Of a stretch of 64,000 bases of DNA, positions 54,891 through 64,000 are shown piece by piece. The DNA lies in the NCBI RefSeq assembly GCF_009914755.1, contig NC_060925.1; one strand, given 5' to 3'. The position numbers and the translations under genes were made by a program. The first letter of the stretch is position 1; every line of letters begins with the position of its first letter. The notes beneath the pieces are model-generated. The model was not told the origin of the DNA, did not search any database, and worked only from the letters and a program-made list of their open reading frames with translations. Source of the DNA: the human T2T-CHM13v2.0 reference genome, Homo sapiens.

Positions 54891-57800
54891 TTCTTCTTCC
54901 ATTTATGATTTTATTTATTTGAGTCTTCTCTCTTTGCTCTTAGTCTAGATAAGGGTTTGCCCATTTTGTTTCTCTCTTCAAAAAACCAATTTGTATTTTT
55001 GTTAAATTTTCCTATTCTTTATTTTATTTGTTTCTAATCTTTATAATTTTTTTTCTTCTGCTAATTTTGGGCATAGTTTGTTCTTTTTCTAGTTCCTGGA
55101 GGTGTAACATTAGTTTTTTTTTTTTTTTATCTTTCTTCTTTTTTAATGTGGAAATTCATCACTATAAAATTTTCCCCTTCATATTATTTTTGCTGCATCC
55201 ATAAATTTTGGTACATGTGTTTTGGTTTTTGCTTGTTTTGAGATATTTTTAAATTTCCCTTATGATTTATTCTTTGACCCAATGGTTGTTCAGGAGTGTG
55301 TCGTTTAATTTTTATGTATTTGTAAATTTTCCCATTTTCCTATTGTTATTGAGTTCTGGTTTCATTCCCTCATGATTGGAAAAGATACTTGGGATGATAT
55401 TAATCTTCGTAAGTTTAAGATTTGTTTTGTGACCTAGCATGTGATTTATGATGGAGAATGTTCCAGGTACACTTGAGAAGAATGTCTACTCTGCTGCAGT
55501 TGGGTGATATATTTTGAATATGTCTGTAGTGTTGTTCAAGTCAGCTGCTTCCTATTGATTTTCCATCTGAATGATCTATTATTGTAAGTAGGGTATTGAA
55601 GTCTCCTGCTACTAATACATTGCTATCTATTTCTCCCTTCAGATCTGTCAATGTTTGCTTTATATATTTAGATACTCTGATGTTAAGTTCATATATATAT
55701 ATATATATAAATGTTTTATCTTTCTTTTGCATTGAACCTTTGTTATTATATAATGAACCTCTTCATCTTTTATGATAGTTTTGACTTTAAGTCTATTTTG
55801 TCTGATATAAGTATAGCCACTGATGTTCTCTTTTGGTTATCTTTTGCATGGAATATATTTTTTTTCATTCCTTCACTTTCAGTCTATGTGTGTCCTTAAA
55901 CCTAGGGTGGGTTTTTTTTTTATTTTTATAGACTGCATAGAGTTGAGTCCTTTTTTTTTAATCCATTCAGCCACTCAATGTCTTTTGAATGGTGAATTTA
56001 ATCCATTTACATTAAAAATAATTATTGATAGGTAAGACTTACCATTGTCATTTTGTTAATTGTTTTTGGTGTTGTCATTTTTTTATTCCTCTCTTCCTCT
56101 TTTTCTGTTTTCTTTGGCATTAAATAATTTTGGTAGTGGTACACTTTCATTTTTTGTGTGAGTAGTTGCCATGAGGCTTGCATAAAACATTTTATTGTTA
56201 TAGCTGTCCAGTACGAGCTGACAATTTTAATCACATATACAAACTCTATACTTTTGTCACCACACACACATTTTATGTTTTATGCCAGAATTTACTTATT
56301 CTTATGTTGTGTATTTATAAACCACTTTTTGTGGTTATAGTTATTCTTAATTCTTTTGTCTTTAAACTTTTATACTAGGGTTAAAAGTGATTTATACACC
56401 ATCTTTACAGTGTTACATTATTTTGTATTTGTTTATATATTTACCTTTACCATGGGCATTTGTGTTGCTGTTCAGCACTCTTGTTTCAACTTGGAGAACC
56501 ATATTATTTTTTGTAAGAAAGGTCTAGTTTTGATCAACTTGCTTAGTTTTCTGTTTCTGTGGGAAAATCTTTATCCCTTCTTCATTTTTAATGGATAATT
56601 TTGCCAGGTATAGCATTCTTGGTTCGCAGTTTGTTTTTATTTTTCTACTTTCAGCATTTTGAACATCATCCCATTCCTCTCTGACTTACAGGATTTTGGC
56701 TGAGAAATCTGCTGATAGTCCTATGGGGAGTTTCTTGTATGTAATGAGTCACTTTTCTCTTGCTGTTTTCAGAAATATTTTTTGTCTTTGACTTTTGACA
56801 GCTTAATAATATTGTATCTCAGCATAAATCTCTTCAGGTTGTATTTATTTGAGATTCTTTGGGCTTCATGAGTCTCAATGTACATTTCCCCTCCCAGATT
56901 TGGGGAGTGTTCAGCCATTATTTCTTTAAATAAGCTTTCTGTGTCTTTCTCTTTCGTCTGTGCTTTTGTAAATCTCACAATGTATATTTTGGTTTGCTGG
57001 TGTTCAATAGGTCTCATAGGCTTTTTTCACTCTTTTTCATTCTTTGTTGTTGATGTTGTTCCTCTGACTTAGTAATTTCAAATGACCTGTCTTTGAGTTA
57101 ACTGATCCTTTCTTCTGCTTGATCAAGACTGCTGTTGAAGTCTCTGCTGAATTTTGTAGTTCAGTCACTGTGTTCTTCAGCTCCAGAATTTCTGTTTGGT
57201 TCTTTTAATGGCTTGTAGCTGTTTATTTCTTTAGGGTTAGTTACTAGAGTTTTCTTTTGTTCCTTTAGTGATTTTGGTTCCTTTTGTTCTTTAGTGGTAC
57301 CATGTTTCCCTGATCCTTATAGCCCTGAGTTGGTGTCTGTGCATTTGAAGAAGTAGTCATCCTTTTTCAATCCTTGCATACTAATTTTGCCACAGAAAGC
57401 TCTTCACCAGTTAGCATATCCAGGAGTTCTAGATGGGCCAACTGGTGGGATCTGTGGGTAGGTGGGCCTGGTGTTGGGGTCTATGGGCAGGTATGTCTTC
57501 TGCCAATGTCCATGGGTAGGCAGGCATGGTGTCAAGATCTATGAGGGTAGACCTGGTGCTGAGATCCAGTGGGGTGGTCCTGGTGCTGAAGTCTGCAGCA
57601 AAGTCAGACATTCCCTTTATTACTTCTTTCCCCACAGGAGAACTGGTGGGCTGAGGGGACCTCTTTTGGTGCTGTGCTGTGCAGTGCAGGCTTTGGGGAG
57701 GGGCAAAGAGGATAAAGTAACACTGTTCTTCTAACTTTCTCCAGGGCATCTTTTGTGGTTTCTGGGCTCTACTTCAGCGTTATAACCTTTCACCTGGGTT

Positions 57801-57929
57801 ACAGAACTCTCATTATCATATTTTTGGTCCATGGATAATTGTTAAATCAGTGTTTCTATGGGGAGATGAGGTCTGGAATCTCCTGTTCCACCATCTTGAT
57901 GTCATCACTCCCACCACTATTTTTAATAC

Positions 57930-58320
57930 TCTAGTCTGGACACTACTTAAGTGCCTGTTAACAACAGAATGGGTAAATACATTGTTATTTATTCATACGA
58001 CATGCTAATGCCAAACAATTTATAATTATATATAAAAATATAGATGAATATTACAAATATAAGATTGAGAACAAAAAGGCCAGAAACAAAAAAGAATACA
58101 AACAGTATGATCCCTGTTATATAAAGTATAAGGGAAACATTACTCTCTAGTATTAGACATCAGGAGAGTGGTTGCACTTGGGGCAAGGTAATAAATAGAA
58201 AGGAACAGAGGAGATTTTTCTGAGGTGCTAGTAATGTTCTGTTTGTTGATCTAGGTGCTGGTAACATGATGTATTCAGTTTATAAAAACTTATCTAGCTC
58301 TGTTTTATGTACACTGTTCA
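57930..58320 (+). mobile_element. L1ME-type 3' end
   Basis: caacagaatgggtaaatacattg...gaggtgctagtaatgttctgtttgttgatctaggtgctgg. Confidence 0.7.
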
Positions 58321-59224
58321 TTCAGTGGCTCTCCCTGTCTACCCTTCCCTGACATAAACATTCCATCCTGAGGCCAGTGTACCAATGGCATTACTACAAG
58401 TCTTACTCTTATCCTGCTTCTGCTCAGCCTAGACAGCAGACATTTGTCCTGTGTCGATTCTTTCAAATCCTGCTCTTGGATATAACTAATCTAACAAACT
58501 ACTATGAGTTGAAGAGTTAAGAACTGATAATGACTAACTATGAAATGTGTCTTTTTTCCCCCCAGATGACAATGTTACTTTAATTTTGAACTTTTCTGTC
58601 TTAAACTTTAGAAAAGAAAAATGGGAACATGGCTTGTTGTTGGCTGGCCACTAGGGGATATGTTTTTGGGAAGGTAGCTGTGGCTGGCGTTCTTCAAATC
58701 ATAAGACCCAGGCAACTAATCATTCATAAGCCTGTCTTGACCATTTTGTGAATTCTCTAGGGCTCTCTTCACAGTTTAAAAAAGGTTATTAGATCTTTTT
58801 TGTCTTAATGATGATTACAACTTCTAAATCATATTCTTGTTTATTTCTTCAAAGCCTCTTGTTGAAATTACACTGACTTAATAAACTGGAGATTCTATTT
58901 GGTTTAAGCATGAAACATTTGCAGCTCAGAAACTGAGAGAAGAACTGGTTTTCATCAAGTTCTCCACCCTAGTCCAAATGGCAGAGGGACATGTTTTGAC
59001 CAGTTCCCATTTGACGTTTCTGAGTAATCAACAAATCAGACAAACCAGAAGGGTTTATTAGCACTTTGTTCTTTGAGGCAGAGTGGTGAATAAATGCCTT
59101 TTTCTCTTTGGAAAGAAATCTTACTAGTAACCATAGCAATAATAATTCCATCTCCAAGTGAAAATTATTATTGTTATCTTCGTTGGCAGCCCCAGTTTCT
59201 TTCCTGTCAGAAGTAGACAGAAGG

Positions 59225-59460
59225 CAGACACTGTCTTGAAGTCTATAAAAGGCTCACCTAAGCAGGATGGGGAGCAGCTGTTTTCTCTCTCAGCTGAGAA
59301 CAGAACAAGAGAATAATGGCTTAACCATAGAATGAGGGGCTTAAGCTAGATATGAGGAAGTGGTTCCTGGCGGCGTGCTGGATAGGTTGTCATGGGAGTT
59401 TACAGAATCCTTTTCTTTAGAAGCCTTTAAAAATAGCTTAGATAATCTGTTCATGGAATG
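59225..59460 (+). mobile_element. L3/CR1 3' region
   Basis: gagcagctgttttctc...gaacagaacaagagaataatggctt...tagatatgaggaag...gcctttaaaaatagcttag. Confidence 0.7.
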
Positions 59461-60933
59461 GCAGATGTATATTCTGCTTTGCCTGTGTCCACTGCACATT
59501 TAATACACTCTTGTATGTACAGCCATGTCTTTACTAGACTCTGAAAGCAAAGGCTACTGAGCAGGGCTCTTGTCCACCAGTACCAGACATATATCATGGG
59601 CTCTGGAAATGTGAAGGAATGAGTAAAGCTGAGAGTTTGGATACAATGATTTAGCAATGATCAATTATAGCCTACTAGTTTGTGGCTAGTTAAATATTGG
59701 CCCTATGGTTATTGTCCTACAATCATTTAATAAAACAAAATTTAACCAGATGACACTATTTGGCTGAAACTCTCTTTGAAGAGTTCATTGAATCCAACTC
59801 CCTTCTTCTAGGTTGTTGACTTTGTCCGTTTGATGATTCTACACTAGCTCTTGAGTAAAAATTAAATGTTCTCTGAAGTGGTGGTTGTATCCTTCAAAAA
59901 TTTATTCAAATACATGGGGAAAATACATTTACAGGAAGAACTTTAACCAGAGTTAAATCTGAGCATTCCTTCTTCCAGTGCAACTAATTCTGCCTCATCA
60001 GAGGCATGTGCTAGAAAGAGCTTTCATTTAAAAAGTAATGGTCAGAATCCTGCTCAGTTCTTCAGCAGCCGTATTTTACCTCAGAGTTGACATTTATATG
60101 CCAGCAACTCATTTGTTACAAATTCTAATTGCAGAGCAACAACCCAAAAAAAGGCAGTGCAAAGGCAAAAAGAAAAAACTCTTAGAAACCCTTTGAGAGC
60201 CCATCTAATTAAAAATGCAAATTAAGAAAGAAACCTAAAGTCGTAGTCCTGTTCGGTCTTTTCAAAGGCACCAATTACCAGTGACTCATTGGGAAAGAGA
60301 CTGACTTTAATTTTAAAACAAATTTCTCAACAATATCCCATTGGCAGAAAATTAAAATGACTACCAGCTTAGTAGAACAATTAGCACTACAACCTTTGTT
60401 ACCCAAACTTTACTCATTCTTGTTTTTCTGTTTCTTTAGAAACCGCTAATGTAGACCATTTTCCACTGAATTTTTCTGAAGTCCTAAGAACATTTTGTTT
60501 CTCAGTGATAAGCAATCTCATCTTTAAACTAATCCACTCCTTCCCATGAAACCATATTGAGGTACATTCCAGAAAAGAACAAACTTCTTGAAAGAATCTA
60601 AAAGAATACTTTAGGAGGCAAGATAGGGGAGGATGTTACTGCAGAATGAAGGCCCTCAGACAGGAGATATGGACTACTGAAGGATTCTTGCTAGGCCTGG
60701 GTCTGGCCATCTGTTACTGTGAATACATATCATATGTCAGGGCCTTCATTGTTGTTTTGCCTTAGGTATTAATTTATAACTTATGCATTACACTTTTTAT
60801 TATCATGAGAAGTAACATGAGCTGTGGAATCGAATTTTTTTTAAAGTCTTAGAACTAGAAGAGAAGTAATATATAACAGATTATCTAGGCCAATCTATTT
60901 AGTGTTGGGCCCGCTTAATATGAATTAGATGTA

Positions 60934-61829
60934 TGTATCAGTCAGGGTCCAACCAGAAGATAGAAACCACACAATAAAGTGAACAAGGAAATGTAATATA
61001 AAGAATTAACTATAATAGTAGATTGAAGTAACAGGGGATTGGCGAGTAAGAGGTAAAGAGAGTCTAAAGAATATAGGGTAGCAGATAAAAGGAGCAGTCA
61101 CTACCCCCAGAACTCATATAAAGTGTTCCAGAAAGACTCCCTTCTCTCTTCCTTCCAACCTGAGATCCAGATAGGGCATAGCTGTGGCTCACTAGATAAT
61201 AAAGAATTAACTAAGGTGTCAAACAGGTGGACTTTGCTAAGAATTCATCCTGTGGAGTGCTAGGGGAAGCTGTCACTAGTCAGGCACTGCACCTGAGAAC
61301 TTGCTGAACAATCCCATAAAGGATCAGCCAGGGAATGTTATGATGAGGAGGTTCCTTGCCAATGCACTCCATTGCAGACACCTAAGGGGGTGAAGCAGGG
61401 AAGCTGCTGGCCACTAGACCTGCTGCAGAAGCCAGGCATTGGGGAAACTGGCACTGCAGGAGCCAGGCGCTGGAGAAGCTGCCTGGGCTGCAGGCTCTGG
61501 GGACTAAGGAAGCTGTGCACCCTGTGGAAGATAGGTGCTGGGGAAGCTGTGCATGCAGCAGGAACTTTGCCCTGGGGAAGACACTTACACTGCAGGAGTA
61601 GAGCACTGTGGAAGTTGCAAATGTTGCAGGACATTGGCAAGAAAGCACAAAGGAACCAGGAAGGAAAACTCCATTGTCTATCAGTGTCCTTCTAGCATCC
61701 TCTACTGACAAAGTTTGACATTGTGCCTGCTGGCAAAAGAAATATTTAAAGGACCCATCTCTATTTTTTACAGAGCAGGCAATAAAATTTGGATTTAAAA
61801 CCGAAAAGCAATACATTGATATTGGCACA
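60934..61829 (-). mobile_element. LTR41-like ERVL solo LTR
   Basis: tgtatcagtcagggtccaacc...cctctactgacaaag...gctggcaaaagaaatatttaaagg...cagagcaggcaat...tggcaca. Confidence 0.75.
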
Positions 61830-62834
61830 GTGCCTATATTATATGGACACACATTTTGCATACATTACTAAATTTATTCCCTATAATATATCTAAAAAGT
61901 AAATATCATCATGTACAAGATAGAGAGGTTCCAGTGTTAAAAAAAAGAGTCACTGAGCTAGTAAGCAGCAGAATGAAGATTCAAATTCAGTTTTGGGCAA
62001 CACCAAGCCTATCCATTGTCTTTCTGTACTACGTTTTCTCCAGTGATGCCTAGATGTCTTGGAAAAGTGGTGGCCTAGCGGGACAAACTTAGGGAGGGCC
62101 TGAGTATGAGGAGTATGAAATGGGGATGGGAGGGATTCTAAAAGGCTGGGCTGTGGTGGGAATGGGATTGTATTGCTGTGAGTTGTGGAGCCTGGGAAAA
62201 TCTGAAAGGCAGAGTCTGGAGCAAAACTGAGATTAGAACTAAAACACAAGTCCACACGGGCTAGGCAAAAATACTGAGATTAGGTTTAAGGCAGTAGGAT
62301 GAAACTGGGGTCAGGGACACACCAAAGCAAAGAAAGTAAGTCCCAAGCACAGGCCACCAATTCCTTGAGATGAATTGCCCCTGCTGGCTATGGAGGGGAC
62401 TGTGGCCGTGCTTACATGGCCACAGAGGGTGGCTAGGGGTGTGGTTTTGGTTCATCAGGCTAACAAGTCAATGGTTAAACTAGGACTATAGCCTGTCTCC
62501 CTTGACTCCCATTTCCGTGCTCTAGTCACACTTGTTTTCACCACCTATTAACTCTAGAGTTAGATAGCAACAGACAAAAGTGAGTGAACCAGCTGGACTC
62601 CACAGCACTTAGCTTGTTGAAGTTATCAGAGGGCACAAAAGTGGAAGATATTGATCATGCTTACTTCAGCTTAAACATTTGATGTTTTCATAGCACTGTG
62701 CATTCTCTCCCTTTGTATCCTATGAGCCTTCATGAGTGGGTGTTTGGCAAGTATTCAGGAACCATGTTCACAGACGGAGCTTCACATCGTCATTGATGTT
62801 TGTCAGGTCTTCCAATCAGGGCTACTTGGCCTTG

Positions 62835-62961
62835 ACTGAACACTGGAATCACCTGGAAAAAAGAAAATACTAATGCCTGGGGCTATTTTATACCAATAAC
62901 CAGAGTATATTTCCAAGTTCCTCAGATGATTCTAGTGTAAATCCAAGGTTGAGTATCACTG
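62835..62961. mobile_element. MER5-family fragment
   Basis: ggaatcacctgg...gatgattctagtgtaaatccaaggttgagtatcactg. Confidence 0.7.
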
Positions 62962-62999
62962 TCTTTTCTTGACTGTAGCAGAGTGACATTGAGAGAGAC

Positions 63000-63008
63000 A
63001 AAAAAAAA

Positions 63009-63044
<36 letters not shown>

Positions 63045-63054
63045 GAAAAAAAAA
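63000..63054 (+). repeat. Poly(A)/(GAAAA)n tract
   Basis: Direct reading; no Alu or L1 body upstream. Confidence 0.9.
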
Positions 63055-63821
63055 TAGCCCTCTCTTCTCTCTTCTCCTTTACTCTCCGGTGGGATTCTGA
63101 GATCAACTCCTTTTACAGAGCAGTCGCCCACTCGGCTGTGTTGCACATTGACATCCCAGGAAAGACTCTGAACTCAGTGCTAGTTAAGAAAACAGGCTAG
63201 CGACTCTGCAGAAAGAAGTTATTAATATAAAGATGTACTGGTTTCTAAAGCCGAGGACCAACACTACATGGAAGACTGGCATTTTCTTTGTTGGAAGGGA
63301 AACTTGTTACAGATCTGAGGCTGATCCACTTGTCTGCCTTAAGTAAATGAGGTGTGCTCCCAACAACTACCTAAAGGTAAGATTTTAACCAGGAAATCCT
63401 GATCTCCAGTGACATATGCGATGGGGAAAAGCAACGAGACATTGTTTTGCTTGGTGATGGGTGAAGCCCTAAAGACTCAATCTGGTCTTGATGAACATCC
63501 AAGAATCTGGATGTGAGCATCCCGCTGAGGTAGGAGCTTCTGCCAATGATGAGGGTAAGGAAGTCTGTGGTTTCTTGCAGTGTCAGATTTGTTCAGTTTC
63601 AGTTTAAACAAATACCATAATTTCTGTCCTAGGGTATAAACAAGCAGGTTTTAGTCTTGTTTCCAGATGCCATTTCTACCCATGGAACTAGTTGCATATC
63701 TAATAAAAAACAAAATGTTATTTAACCTTCAATTTGTTCTATGTCATTCCACATTATTTAAGGTAGTTCCCCTTAGCTTTGTGAAACAGAATAAAATTCA
63801 GATTTCAAGCAAGGTAAAATT

Positions 63822-64000
63822 ATTTAAAAACTTATTATGGAAAATTTCAATTCTGTGCACCGAATAGTAGAATAAACTGTATTGTGTGTATTATCCAGCT
63901 TTAACAATTATCAACTCCTGGCAAATCTTGTTTCACCAATATACTTGCCTACTATCCTCCACGATATTCTTTGGAAGCAAATTTCAGACATCATATTATT
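63822..64000 (-). mobile_element. Ancient L1M 3' end, runs off the window
   Basis: ccagctttaacaattatcaactc...tggaagcaaatttcagacatcatat. Confidence 0.6.

Larger units (their letters stand above)
49620..57911 (-). mobile_element. Large, old L1MA-type element interrupted by L1PB and Alu
   Basis: 3' end at 49620-49830 resumes at about 52240; ORF2 peptides, ORF1 peptide (ESLFKEIMAEHSPNL), L1M-type 5' terminus near 57910. Confidence 0.8.

Overview
This is repeat-rich primate (probably human) intergenic or intronic DNA. No intact protein-coding gene, rRNA, tRNA or CRISPR array can be supported. It holds Alu, L1, MIR, L2 and L3/CR1 elements, solo LTRs (THE1B, MER41B, MLT1/MLT2, LTR41, LTR33/16-like, MER34-like) and DNA transposon fossils (MER20, MER2, MER5). 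It also holds a full-length, disabled RPL35A processed pseudogene (29609-30044, minus strand) with a 15-bp target-site duplication (TSD). Four observations stand out. (1) One L1PA insertion at about 46.36-48.96 kb appears to combine a twin-primed 5' inversion with a ~140-bp 3' transduction. (2) A MER41B LTR keeps both tandem STAT (GAS) sites, and further GAS sites lie in unique DNA. (3) There are several local fold-back/template-switch scars and short tandem duplications. (4) Splice-signal sets suggest possible non-coding exons. Repeat subfamily names come from remembered consensus sequences, and boundaries of old repeats are approximate. I found no evidence of a genuinely new biological system, only testable structural and regulatory hypotheses.
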